Below are positions 12,909 to 26,181 of a stretch of 64,000 nt of DNA, piece by piece. Origin of the DNA: Octopus vulgaris. Lineage: Eukaryota. Numbering within the stretch: the first letter of the stretch is position 1; every line of letters starts with the position of its first letter. The stretch is taken from positions 163,680,001 to 163,744,000 of the forward strand of contig OX597816.1 of the NCBI GenBank assembly GCA_951406725.2, written 5' to 3'. The notes below the pieces were generated by a model. The model did no database searches. It saw nothing but the letters and a program-made list of their open reading frames with translations, and was not told the origin of the DNA. A program made the position numbers and the translations under genes.

Positions 12909-13867
12909 TATAAGTGTGTGTATGTATGTATATTTACGTGTGTATATATGTATGTATGTAAGCACTATGGTTGACAACCTGAACATTGGGGGCTTCTTTT
13001 CAAAACTATGCTGAGAGTTTCGACAACAGATATGTATGTATGCAAGCATGTATGTATGCATGCATGTATGCATGTATGTATGTATGTATGTATGTATGTA
13101 TGTATGTATGTATGTATGTATGTATGTGTCAGTGTGTGTCTGTTTATGCCTTATCTTCTTATCGCGCATAAATTGTAAACTTGCAATCTTCCACGAAACA
13201 TGTCCCGTGATTGTGATGTTTTGCTCATGTTCAAAATTCTAGGGAAAATATAACCTTGGCTGGAAAACGTGAGTAGGCGAGAGGAACAGCATCCGACCGT
13301 AGAAATAACTGGTCAGTGAATTGTGTTTAAAGCAAGCATACATTAGAAATGCGATGACAAAATTACGTGTTACTGAAAGACCGTATATTCGTTTTAGAGT
13401 TAAGAATTCCACCGCGCTATTGAATTCCAGATTCGAAATTTTCAGCAAATGCAAACATATGGGCAAATTTCTTATGGTGATACTATCCTCTTCGAATAAT
13501 TTTAAATAATTCTACAACTAGCTTAATTATGGCTTTTCAGTTAAAGGGTACATAGCTCTAATTTTCTTTCTTTACTTTTCTTTTTCCGTTTTTATCCACC
13601 CTTACACTCCTTGCATCTATCTTCTCGTTTTCTCTCGTGACTGCTCATGTATGAACAGCCTGAATTGTAAATTGAATTGACATTAGTTCAGAGCCTGGAA
13701 ATTGCTTGAAGACACAAGGTGTGTTATAAAATCCTGATTAGACCCGTGTTCCAGAGAAAGAAAATATTAGTAGCTCGCATCTTTACGTAAGGCACATTAA
13801 ATTATATATACCTCTCACTGGATTGAATTCTTTTTTGTTGATCTTACCATAACGGAATAGTAAATTT

Positions 13868-13907
<40 letters not shown>

Positions 13908-14472
13908 GGGAGAGTTTACGAAAAAAAAACGAAGACAGGTAGTGTACAAAACAAACAGATGTATTAGTATAACGCTCAGGAATAGAAAAAAGTATTTTAT
14001 GTTTCGAGCCTACGCTCTTCTGTATATATATATACATACATACATACATACATACATACATACATACATACATACATACATACATACATACATAAATAAG
14101 TACATATGCATGCACATGTATCTTAAATAGACCGATCTGTACGAGACCAAATTTACCTTCATGTCATTACATCCACATAAGCTTACCGTATATATTTATT
14201 GTTGTGTGTACGTGTTTCCATACACATATGTTTGCATTCGTGTCGGTGTTTACTTCCTCTCCCTGTGTGCCTGTGTGTTCGTTCAGGTCTCATGTTACCC
14301 GTGTCAACCTGGGTGATCGCCGACCATGTGTCTATACCTGTGAGTATACGAGTGTACATACACACATGTAACATACACATACATACATGCATATAAATAT
14401 ATATACATATATGCATACATATATATATAATACATAATAAATGTATAGATATATATACATCCATACATACGT

Positions 14473-14528
<56 letters not shown>

Positions 14529-14955
14529 TGGAGTGTATATTTTTTGCGTGTCCTTGTAACCACATGAGACTGGGAGGTATTTATCTAGCCTTCGACTTCC
14601 GTGCTTATTTATTTATCTCCCTTGCTAGTACCATATCACTTCCGGTTTCTAGTTTACTGATATGCACGGTATTTTTCTTTCGGCACCATCTAAGAACGTG
14701 TTCCTCGAGGTATTATAATTAATCTCTCTTCCCTTACAACATAAAATGTTATAAAATTCCTCAGTAAAACAAGGCTTGCAACGTCTCCTCATAATATTAT
14801 TAAATTTAATCCCCTTTAACCGCGCTATATAACTCTTACTTCATAGAACTCCTTGGCTTATCGGACCCTTTAATTTTCTTTTCTTTAATCACTCATCTTC
14901 AAGAGATAGTGTTTACCTTATGCATATTTATATATATGAGTGTTATTTATGTGTA

Positions 14956-14999
<44 letters not shown>

Positions 15000-15003
15000 C
15001 ATA

Positions 15004-15053
<50 letters not shown>

Positions 15054-15057
15054 CATA

Positions 15058-15090
<33 letters not shown>

Positions 15091-15270
15091 TTACATTTAT
15101 ATATATATATACAAATATATGTACACACTCATGTATACATATATATACATACACGCACACATATATATATATATATGTATACATTTGTGTGTGTGTATGC
15201 GTTTGTGAGTGTGTCTGTGTGTCTGTGTGGTGGTTCGTGTGTGTATGTGCTTATGTGTGTGTGTGCGTGT

Positions 15271-15302
<32 letters not shown>

Positions 15303-15501
15303 TTGTGTGTGTGTATGTGTGTGTGGCGCGCGGTTAGTTGGAGTTAAATGTTTGTATGTGGGTAGATTATTTGACGATGGTCCGCATTACTTACAGTTTC
15401 CTGAGTGTAGGACACGTCCACTTCCAAGAACGTTGCCGAGCATCTGATGAGATGGGCGTGTTCTACATCGACGAACATTAAACTGGTGTGGTGCTGCATC
15501 A

Positions 15502-15561
<60 letters not shown>

Positions 15562-16372
15562 ACGCACACACATCAATACAAACATACAAATATACATTCA
15601 TATAAATCTACGTATATAATGTTTGTTATATATAATATATATAAATGAAATCGGCCTAAATGATTTCAAAATCATTTGCATCGTATTTTAAGGTTACGTC
15701 CTTTAAATTTAACTTTAGTTCCTTACCCTGAAATGGCCTCAAATTAATTCCATAATGGCCATAATTTTAACTTTGTTACCTCCTAAAATATCACCAGTTT
15801 CTTCTTAATTTTCTCTTTAACATCTTCACCCAACGTAACTAAAAATAATAAGAAACATCAATGATGCACGGAAATATTTCTCTATACAGCCTACTACTTG
15901 AAGTTATGAGGCTGACATTTGCCGCACAATAATACAGTGACGTAATAATTATTGAAACAGACTTAGGAATGAACATATTGAGATATCATTCAACTTATTT
16001 TCCTATTATTCTTTCTAATGTATATTGTTCTGTTCGTGAGTTTATAGACTTTGTCGCATTGGATGCAACTGTTCGCAGCCAGTCAGCAAATCTTGTGCAT
16101 GTAGGAATTTAATGCAGTAAATTATATTAAATTCTAATACAATTCTTTTTCTTCGAGTCAACAAAATACACTGTAACTGCATACATGTGCGGCGGAGTAT
16201 CTGTTATTACGTTATTATAAAAACAGTTTTACATTAAACTGAAAGATTACTCAATATATGTGATAGATGTATTATTCCTAAGCAAAACTAGTATTCAAAG
16301 TAACTTCGACGTTTCAGACCTCATCGGACTGTAATTCATTTAAGTTCATGTTTTATATATATATATATATAT

Positions 16373-16950
16373 ATACAAAATTTAAAGGACTGACCACTCA
16401 AAAAGTGGACGGTCAACATGCTAGATATAGACGTCAAATCGCTATTTTCCACAAGGAATATGTTCTCAAATAAACTCAGCACAAAGCCAAAGCATTAAAA
16501 ATAAGCAAGACAAATGAAAATATACGAAATAAAAATGATTACCCATGTACTGAATCAGTTTCGATTATTAATATCCGCAAGGATAAACTGTAATGCGCCA
16601 AAGTGAAGGCATTTGAAAGATACACAAAAATATAATCGGTTGGACTCCATGCATGCGAGACTCCGGTCAAACGCTTTTGCCTCTAGCCCAGCAAATTGTA
16701 TTTCTATATGACAGACCATGCTGACGAGATTACAGTTTATCCTTGCGGATATTAATAATCGAAACTGATTCAGTACATGGGTAATCATTTTTATTTGGTA
16801 TGTTTTCATTTGTCTTGCTTATTTTTAATGCTTTGGTTTTGTGCTGAGTTTATTTGAGAACATATTCTTTGTGGAAAATAGCGATTTGACGTCTATATCT
16901 AGCACGTTGACCGTCCACTTTTGGAGTGATCAGTCCTTTAAATTTTGTAT
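16373..16950. mobile_element. Foldback insertion with ~220 bp inverted arms, hammerhead-bearing
   Basis: 16373-16593 is a near-identical reverse complement of 16729-16950; abuts (TA)n on the left. Confidence 0.9.
16716..16780 (+). ncRNA. Canonical type I hammerhead ribozyme
   Basis: CCAUG CUGACGA GAUUA-caguu-UAUCC-uugc-GGAUA-uuaa-UAAUC GAAA CUG-auu-CAG UA CAUGG; all core nucleotides and three helices intact; predicted cleavage after A16775. Confidence 0.9.
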
Positions 16951-17069
16951 GTAAAAATATTTTAATCTTCGGATTTTTTTAATATGCTGGGTCACTAGTT
17001 TTAATTGATTAATATCAATTTCTACCCTTATTAAATTTTAAATTATACATATATATATATATATATATA

Positions 17070-17354
17070 TCACCGTGATCACCGTGGCCGACCAGGCTAT
17101 CAGATGCTGCTACACATCGCTGGTCACAATGCACTTCGCATTGTTTTGCCTTCAAATGACGCCACCCCGCTGACTGAGCAACAGAAGAAAGAGTGAAGTT
17201 GTGGCGAAAGAGTACAGCAGGGATCGCCACACCCACCCCCACTTCCTGCCGGAGCCTCGCTCGATATATACTCACAAGGCCCGGTCTGGAAATCGAAACC
17301 ACAATCCTGCGACCGCGAATCCGCTACCCTAACCACTGGGCCATTGCGCCTCCA
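17070..17354 (-). mobile_element. SINE-C (tRNA-derived), tail type 1
   Basis: Head GGAGGCGCAATGGCCCAGTGGTTAGGG..GGTTTCGATTTCC with A/B boxes; matches 62489-62797. Confidence 0.85.
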
Positions 17355-17504
17355 CATATATGTGTGTGTGTGTGTGTGTGTGTGCGTAATTATGTGTATA
17401 AATTTATATATGTGTGTATCTACGTGCATGTGTGTGTATATATATGTATGTGTGTACATATATATATACACGCATACTTATATGTGTGTTTGTGTGAATA
17501 TATA

Positions 17505-17948
17505 AGTTCAAACGTAAAATCTGTCCTTTTGCATGGCTCTGAAACATGGAGAGCCACCTGCAGCAACTACAAGAAGATCCAGACCTTCATCATCAAAAGT
17601 CTCCGGCAGATCCTCCATCTGAAGTGGTTCAACAGAGTGCCAAACATCGACCTGCGGAAAAGGGCCAACCAGGAGCCCATACATGTTCAGATTAGACGAA
17701 GGAAATGGAGATGGATCAGACACAAACTGAGGAAAGAACCCTCAAATGTTACACGACAAGCACTTGACTGGAACCCGCAGGAGAAAAGGAAGCGAGGGCG
17801 CCCAAAGCAGACATGGAAGCGGAGCATCTTTGACGAGCTCAGGACGACCGGCCTGACATGGGAAGCAGCCAAGAAACATGCCAATGACTGCAAAAAGTGG
17901 AAAACAACTGTTGAGGCCCTATACTCCACAAGGGGCAAAAAGGATTAA
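17505..17948 (+). mobile_element. RTE-clade LINE, 5'-truncated C-terminal fragment
   Basis: NVKSVLLHGSETW...RRRKWRWIRH..R...RQALDWNPQEKRKRGRPKQTWKR...W...VEALYS; possible TSD GAATATATA on both sides. Confidence 0.92.
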
Positions 17949-18589
17949 GAATATATATATATATAGGGTCCCTATATCTCTTTCTATAAATATACAAACT
18001 TGTCTCCCCCACAATTGGTATCAACCATCACATCCCTCTCCCTTCCTCCCTACTGTCGCTGCTATCTCCTCCACCACCACCACCAGTCACAATACCACCA
18101 GCATCTTCTCCATCCGCAACACGAGTTCCATGGCCACACCCAACAGGCTACAAACATCATCACCATAGCTCTATATCACCACCACCACCATAGCTCTATA
18201 TCACCCTTCTCAAAGCGACCACCACAATCCAAATACGCTCACCACCACCTAATCGCCACCACAACTATTACTGCGTAAAGTTGTTTTTTTTCCCTTTTCA
18301 CAAAGAGACTGACATTATACAGTGCGTGTATTGTGTACTGTGTACATCATCGCTGCGTGACATGATCCATGTGGAAATATATATATAATATATATATATA
18401 TAATATATATATATATATAGTGCACGCGTTTATAAACACACATATATATATACATATATAAATAGACAAATATATACATCTACATATATATGTGTGCATG
18501 TGTATGTGTGTGTATACACATAAGTGTGTGTGTGTGTATGCATATATACATAAATATCTGTATGTATATATAATATATATTATATAATA

Positions 18590-18627
<38 letters not shown>

Positions 18628-18700
18628 TATATATATATACACATATGTATGTATTTATATATATTTATATATATGTGTGTGTGTGTATTTATATATACCA

Positions 18701-18746
<46 letters not shown>

Positions 18747-19639
18747 ACAGGCCAAGTATTGTTGTTGATGCTTAAGAAAGGCGAGATGATACGCAAACCG
18801 AAAAGTAACAATGAAATCTTATTTAATATCAGCGAACAGGAAAATGGAACTTTATATATATATATATGTTTGTATGTATATATATATATGTGTGTGTGTG
18901 TATATGTATGTATGTATATATGTACTTCATTTAAGCTGGTTTCCTCCGCGGTTTCGTGTTTACTGTTGTTACAATCATCTTTATCATCATCTTCTCCTTC
19001 TCCCTCATCCACCTCTTCCTCGTCCTCATCATCATCACTATCATCATTATCATCATCATTATTTATCCTTGTTAAACTTTGGGCTAGTAGGTTTATATAT
19101 ATATATGTATGTGTGTGTGTGTGTGTGCGTGCGTGTGTGTGTGTATGTGTGCGTGTCTTCATATTAAGTTAATTTAAAATACAGCGCTTCATTACCAAAA
19201 TATAGTAAGGACATTTTTTTTGTTATTAAAACGGACGTAAAATATTGTGATTATGCGAATACCCCCCACTACTACCTCCTCCGCCACACACACACGTATA
19301 AGTAAAAATAAAAGAATATATGTACATGTGTGTGGGGTGGGGTGTGAGTGTGCATGAATGCGTTTACGAGCGAAGAAACTTTGCCGTTAGACATTTTGTA
19401 TAGAAAGCATAATTGTTCTGAGTTCTAGATTTTTTTATCACGTTTCTTTATTCGAATTTTCTCTTGAGTTTCTCCCACCTATTTCTTTCTTCTTATGCAT
19501 TAATAAATGTCCTAAATCCTTTACCACCGTTTCTAAACTTTCACAGGCTCATCTTCAGGTTGAAGTGATATTAGCATGTGTTGTTGCGACTTTCTTGTAG
19601 GCAGGGCTACTATGATTAGCGTAACCTTGCTGTGCTCTT

Positions 19640-19970
19640 TTGCCACACTACTGTATAATTATCTCTGAGAGATTTAGAAATGTAATATTTCTAATTTTGT
19701 AGATCAGTGAATGTATTTCAGTTGAAATCTGTGTTTTCAAAGGTGAATAAGCATTGACAGCTACTCCAGACTGATGATGAGCAATGACTCTGAAACTAGT
19801 CTCTGGTTGGTGACTTTGCTAGGTGGAGGTGCTCATCTCCCCTGTTTGAATACATAAGGACACAGAACGCTTGTGTCACATGGCCAGCTGGAAATGGTGT
19901 TTCCTGGGGCAAAATAACAGTAGCAATTTTCCCTTTCCTGGGACTGCCGCATTAAGTTGGCAACAGATCA
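19640..19970 (+). mobile_element. Hammerhead-bearing repeat (same family as 39011-39346)
   Basis: Shares several blocks with 39011-39346, some in opposite relative orientation. Confidence 0.7.
19766..19806 (+). ncRNA. Minimal type I hammerhead ribozyme candidate
   Basis: CCAGA CUGAUGA UGAG-caauga-CUCU GAAA CUAG UC UCUGG: 5-bp helix I, palindromic ACUAGU helix III, GUC triplet; U-U at the base of helix II is atypical. Confidence 0.72.
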
Positions 19971-20000
19971 TTACTTTATATATAAGTATATATACATATA

Positions 20001-20056
<56 letters not shown>

Positions 20057-20089
20057 TGTGTGTGTGTGTGTGTGTGTGTATACATATAC

Positions 20090-20140
<51 letters not shown>

Positions 20141-20489
20141 TACATTCATATATAGACTGACAGACAGACACATTCACAGACAAGAGTAAGAGAACAATAA
20201 CAGTAGCACGCAACACACTTGGTAGGGGTTACGAAAATTTCTAATAAGGGTGTTACTCACATTACTCAATGTTTCGTGAGCGCGTGGAATATGTCTATCA
20301 CATCGCTATGTTCGTAGGATTTGATGAGATAGCCGTGTTTACGCATCCACGAAACCTTAAGTCATAGAGAGTTAAGTCACTTAGTCAATAAACATATGCA
20401 TGCATATACTTTTATATTTGCATATATATATTTATATGCATATATGTGTGTATAAATACACACACATACACACACATACATACATACAT

Positions 20490-20532
<43 letters not shown>

Positions 20533-20533
<1 letters not shown>

Positions 20534-20947
20534 TAGCAATATCGCCCGGCGTTGCTCGGGTCTGTAAGGGAAATAACTATATAAGCATTTTTAGAGAGTT
20601 ATAGCCAAAAAATAGCAAAAAAATGCATTAAAAATGAAAAAGAAATGATGGTAAATTTTTTTTTAAATCGTTGACTCATCGTAGACATTTTTAGAGAGTG
20701 ACTTCCCTTATATAATAGCGAAAAAAATGCATTAAAATGGAAAAAAAAATTATGGTAAATTTTGTTTTAAATCGTAGACTCATCGTAGACTCATCGTAGA
20801 CGCAAGTTAATACCCAGAAGGGCTCGATATGAATCACGACTATAAGATACCCGGTTTTGGTTAAACTGCACCGCAAAATGTGGGAGTAGTTAGGAATCTA
20901 AATCGTAGGAGACAGACAGCACACAACCTCACTTTTATATATAAAGA
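20533..20947 (-). mobile_element. Non-autonomous Helitron
   Basis: 5' TC, 3' CTAG, subterminal hairpin CCCGAGCAACGCCGGG, inserted between A and T without TSD. Confidence 0.85.
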
Positions 20948-20965
20948 TGTATGTATGTATGGATG

Positions 20966-21024
<59 letters not shown>

Positions 21025-21522
21025 GTGCGTGTATGCAAGTGTGTCTGTAGAATAGTATTCCGAATGCATGAATTCTTTTAGACTGCAGCGTCAGATAAGC
21101 GCATGCACTCACGCCACCACGCACATGCACATGCTTCTACGCGGCATGAGTTGCAACCTCCTGCACCTCGTTGTGTTATATTTATCAAGAACAGAAACGA
21201 AATTGATATCGCGATAAACGCAACGTGATAATAATGACAAGAATCATGTAATAACTTCGATATCGCATGAAAAGTAGATAAAGCGATATTTGCAATCACA
21301 TCTAACACGGAAAAATCGTAAAAACGTGCAAAATTATGAGGGAATTTCATACGGCTCACACCAAATAATATATGCTGCGCTCCATTCAACATAATTACTA
21401 TGACAGCTCGCTTATATATAAACACATACATACATACATACATACATACATACATACATACATACTTACATACATGCATACATACATACATACATACATA
21501 CATACATACATACATACATACA

Positions 21523-21553
<31 letters not shown>

Positions 21554-21642
21554 GTATTTGCAGATGCACATAGGAACATAGAACTTAATACACGGGTATA
21601 TATAAATATGTGTCTGAGTGTGTGTGTGTGTGTGTGTATGTG

Positions 21643-21689
<47 letters not shown>

Positions 21690-21886
21690 ATAGAAATGAC
21701 AAGACAACAAAAGAATGAAGAAGACCTCGATATTACGTAAATAGAGGACTTTATCTGTAAATATAATGTAACAATTATTCTGCAGCCATGATAAAACTCC
21801 GAGTTTCGGATGTCGGGGCGGAAACCCACGCCAGCGACTCTTCAGGGTTTTTTCATGGCAACCAAATAATTGTTACATTTTATATT

Positions 21887-21931
<45 letters not shown>

Positions 21932-21972
21932 GTTAGTATGTCTGTCATCCTTCAATGTCCGCTTTATATGTC

Positions 21973-22007
<35 letters not shown>

Positions 22008-22414
22008 ATATATATATGTATGTATGTATATATGTATGCATGTAGGTATGTATGTATGTATGTATGTATGTATGTATGTTTGTATGTAAGTATATATGTA
22101 TATGTGTGTATGTATGTAATTATGCATATGTGAATGTATGCATGTTCATTTCTATGTTCTGTTACTATGAAACAGTTTTAACATTCTACTAAAGGATTAT
22201 GCAATACATTTTATAGAGTCAATATTTGTTATATTCTTTAAGAATAATATTGTTGACAATGACTTTGAAGTTTTGGCGTGCTTAACCTTAGAAGTCACTA
22301 TATATATATATGTGTGCGTGTGTGTGTGTGTGTGTCTGTCTGTCTGTCTGTGTGTATGTGTGTGTGTGTGTGTGCGCGTGTGTTTGTGTGTGTGTGTATT
22401 AATTATTATTATTA

Positions 22415-22479
<65 letters not shown>

Positions 22480-22482
22480 GTT

Positions 22483-23138
22483 GAGTGAGAGAGCAGTGCA
22501 TGCCATCAAAGTGACACTGGGTAAAATATACGAAGCCCAATATACCCATCATGACTACCCGTCTGATAAGGGTACACCAGGCACATGCATCACAACCATA
22601 TGTGCGCGACATGGTGATATCTCATATCAAGATAAACAGCACATGACCTTGCAGGTGGGGCCCAGTTAGAATTTTCTTCAGGTTGAGTAGCCCATCCCGC
22701 TCAAAAGGTCTCTGAATAAAGGTTCTGCTTACCAAAAGTGGCCCACTTGGCACCGTGCATTCGTCGTCGCATAACGGCGGCCGCCTCCGATCGGGAGAGG
22801 AGCGGCCCGTTTCGCCCGTTCCGAGTTCGAGAGGATGTTGAAAGAACCACCCATGTTTCCAGAGGTGAATTATTCAAACCCCAAAGAATCCCTCTCAACA
22901 CATGGCTATGATGCTCCCCCACTACTTCTGCTCGTGATCAGAGATGCACATATCGTCAGCCACTAAGGGACATGCTCAACTGGTTACGGTCAAACAACTG
23001 ACAAGCAAATTTGTGGTATTGAGCAGAATATTTGCTGTAGCCCATCTTTTATACCAAGACAAAACAATGTACATGATAACACCTCCAATCAGTTAAGATC
23101 AGAAGCGTTGAGAGCCACTGCCTGGTACTGCATCAGGG

Positions 23139-23140
<2 letters not shown>
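22483..23140 (-). mobile_element. Non-coding TAA-tailed element E1, longest copy
   Basis: Flanked on both sides by (ATT)n; ends ...GCACTGCTCTCTCACTC-AA(C/T)AAT on the minus strand like the other copies; no credible ORF. Confidence 0.85.
22722..22831 (-). pseudogene. 28S rRNA fragment embedded in E1
   Basis: Minus strand ends GAATGCACGGTGCCAAGTGGGCCACTTTTGGTAAGCAGAAC, the conserved LSU rRNA segment, preceded by GC-rich expansion-segment-like sequence; absent from E1 copies at 29524 and 42891. Confidence 0.88.
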
Positions 23141-23193
<53 letters not shown>

Positions 23194-23304
23194 TGTCTTT
23201 ATCGCCGTCGTCGTCGTCCTCATCGTCGTTGCCGTCGTTGACGTCGTTGTCATCATCCTCCACCTCCTCCTCCTCCTCATCATCATCATCATCATCATCA
23301 TCCC

Positions 23305-23735
23305 CGCCTGACTTCACTAGAGTGTATGTTCCTCCGCTTCTTGCGGAAGGGACGCGTTCCCATAATCAGGCGACCCATCTGCGCTCAACAGCTGCTGCTT
23401 TGTGGACGAGGCATGCCATGTCTGATGATGTGCAGAGGCTACGATATCTCCAACGCCTTCTTATTGGTGAACAGGTATCATCACTCTTCGCTACACACGT
23501 GTATCCCTAGCTCGTCTCCTTGACGAAGCTGCTTTCCTGGGTCAAGCAAAGACTGCGAGAAAGTTCTTGCGAAGTGGAATATCTTCAAGTGCTCATAACA
23601 TCAGCCAATCGGGCGCTGAGATACGTGAAAAATTCTCTTTAACAATCTGTAGAGAATCAGTGGTGGATGATAGCGACGATATTCCTGGAGAGACGCTGGG
23701 CGTCGAAGACAATCAAGTGGCTGCTATCTTCCAGA
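23305..23735 (-). mobile_element. Degenerate RTE-like LINE 3' end with (GAT)n tail
   Basis: LEDSSHLIVFDAQRLSRNI resembles the RTE motif EDxRRLxVFDHRCLRRI; many stops; runs into GATGATGAT. Confidence 0.5.
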
Positions 23736-23736
23736 G

Positions 23737-23891
23737 AATGTCTACGATGAGTCAACGATTTTAAAAAAAATTTACCATCATTTTTTTTCCATTTTTAATG
23801 TATTTTTTGCTATTTTTTGGCTATAACTCTCTAAAAATGCTTATATAGTTATTTCCTTTACAAACCCGAGCAACGCCGGGCGATACTGCTA

Positions 23892-23892
<1 letters not shown>
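23737..23892 (+). mobile_element. Helitron 3' fragment
   Basis: Same hairpin plus CTAG end as 48628-49003. Confidence 0.85.
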
Positions 23893-23942
<50 letters not shown>

Positions 23943-24454
23943 TACATTCATATATAGACTGACAGACAGACACATTCACAGACAAAAGTAAGAGAACAAT
24001 AACAGTAACACGCAACACACTTGGTAGGGGTTACGAAAATTTCTAATAAGGGTGTTACTCACATTACTCAATGTTTCGTGAGCGCATGGGATATGTCTAT
24101 CACATCGCTATGTTCGTAGGATTTGATGAGATAGCCGTGTTTACGCATCCACGAAACCTTAAGTCATAGAGAGTTAAGTCTGGAAGATAGCACAAGGCCG
24201 ATCGATAACTTCTAGAAATCCCTGGGTTAACAGTGCCCCTAGGGAGAATTGTCTGCTTGAGTTAAATACTATAGGCATGGAAATGGCGTCAGCAAGCATT
24301 TCAGAGATGCAAACAAGACGAAACGGCCCCGCACGAACTCGTTCGGTGTTCAAGAATTGCTAACCTGTGGGTCTATATCGAACACCTACCGCCGGGTGTA
24401 GGATTGATCCAGCTTTTAACTGAATCCATCGTGATGATCACACCGCTGCCTTCG

Positions 24455-24860
24455 TTAGCACGCCGGACAAAATGCTTCGCTGCTTTTCGTCCGTTCTGTG
24501 TTCAAATTCCGCCGAGGTTGAATTTGCCTTTCATCCATTCGGGATCGATAAATTCAGTACCAGTGAAACACTGGGGGTGATGTAACCTATTTCTTTATTG
24601 CCCACAAGAGGCTAAACACAGAGAGGACAAACAAGGACAGACAAACGGATTAAGTCGATTAGATCGACCCCAGTGCGTAACTGGTACTTATTTAATCGAC
24701 TTCGAAAGGATGAAAGGCAAAGTCGACCTCGGCGGAATTTGAACTCAGAACGTAGCGGCAGACGAAATACCGCTAAGCATTTCGCCCGGCATGCTAACGA
24801 TTCTGCCAGCTCGGTGCCTGGGGGTGATGTAACCGACTAGTCTCCTCCCCCAAAATTTCA
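24455..24860. mobile_element. SINE-B (minus, about 24587-24817) nested in an older plus-strand SINE-B-like copy
   Basis: TSD CTGGGGGTGATGTAACC near 24571 and 24818. Confidence 0.85.
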
Positions 24861-24887
24861 GGGATGGACGGGGAGTTTTTATAAGCC

Positions 24888-25190
24888 TGGTGGCCATGGC
24901 GTAAGAGATTGTATGGTGAACGCAACTGAAAGGGCTGAAGACAAGCACTTTCCCCTTTGACCAATTCTACATCAACTTCTTCAACTTTCACTTGAAAAAG
25001 AATATAAGGGTGGAGGAGGGAGTGTTGCTCTCCAGCGATTTTTCTGAGAGATGGATGAGAGTGGCGAGTATGGTGCGTGTGAACGGGCCTACTCTGAACA
25101 TACGCCTATAAAACAGAAATTGAAAAACAGACAAAGAGCACCTACCGTTGAATTCAGGGAACTTGTGGTTTTATGACGATTTTCCATCAA
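24888..25190 (+). mobile_element. L1/Tx1-like LINE ORF2 C-terminus, degenerate
   Basis: VAMA*EIVW*TQLKGLKTSTF...INFFNFHLKKNIRVE...FSERWMRVASMVRVNG resembles the AKxxIWxxR...F..RW end of L1/Tx1 ORF2. Confidence 0.55.
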
Positions 25191-25399
25191 CAACCATCCA
25201 ATTCCTCCTCCGTATTGAGGATTACACATTGTTAGAATTTTATTATTATTGCTTTTTTATCCTTAAACCTGTTTGCACCCAAAACCCCCCACACTAACAC
25301 ATGCACACACACACACACACACACACACAATGCTTTTACCTTATTATTTTCCTTAATGTAAAATTTTTGTGGTTACTAAAGAAATTATTATTATTATTA

Positions 25400-25459
<60 letters not shown>

Positions 25460-25950
25460 GTTTTTTCCTTCTTTCTTCAAATTTTCTTCCGTTTCTCGCC
25501 GAGTGTTTTCCATACACCTAGGGCAGAGAAGGGCATTGTATGCATTCCCAGATTACACAAATTCACAGATAAAATATGTATTTAAAAATTAATAAATAAA
25601 TAAATTCATGGATGGATGTTGTTTTCACAGCGATAATGCTCTTCTCAGTACATGAGCCGTTCCAGTTAATACGATTTTTTGCACTTCCTGTAGGGATGGT
25701 AAGCCTGGAATCATTTTCAAATAGGTTTCAGTACCTTTTTTTTATCATTCCTAGAGATCCTACAATCACTGGTACTGTAGTTGCCTTGAGATGCCACATT
25801 TTTTCAGTTTCCATTAGCAGGTCTTTATATTTGCTAATCTTGTCAAATTCTTTCGCCGCTATATTATGATCACAGGGAATACTCATGTCAATTAATAAAC
25901 ACATCCTTTTTGTCTGATCTTTTATAATAATATCCGGTTTATTGGCTTTA
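25460..25950 (-). mobile_element. R4/Dong-type LINE family 2: endonuclease end plus 3' UTR
   Basis: KANKPDIIIKDQTKRMCLLIDMSIPCDHNIAAKEFDKISKYKDL...VPVIVGSLG...QKIVLTGTAHVLRRALSL*; (TAA)n on both sides. Confidence 0.9.
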
Positions 25951-25953
25951 TTA

Positions 25954-26035
<82 letters not shown>

Positions 26036-26073
26036 TATCATTATTATTACTATTATTATCATTATTATTATTA

Positions 26074-26167
<94 letters not shown>

Positions 26168-26181
26168 CATTATTATTATTT

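Noticed and set aside
15444-15480. CTGATGA GATG...CATC as a hammerhead
   Set aside because: Followed by GACGAA rather than GAAA; no helix III or helix I.
16300-16335. CCGAUGAGGUCUGAAACGUC on the minus strand
   Set aside because: Core-like but helix I does not pair and helix II is one pair; not counted.
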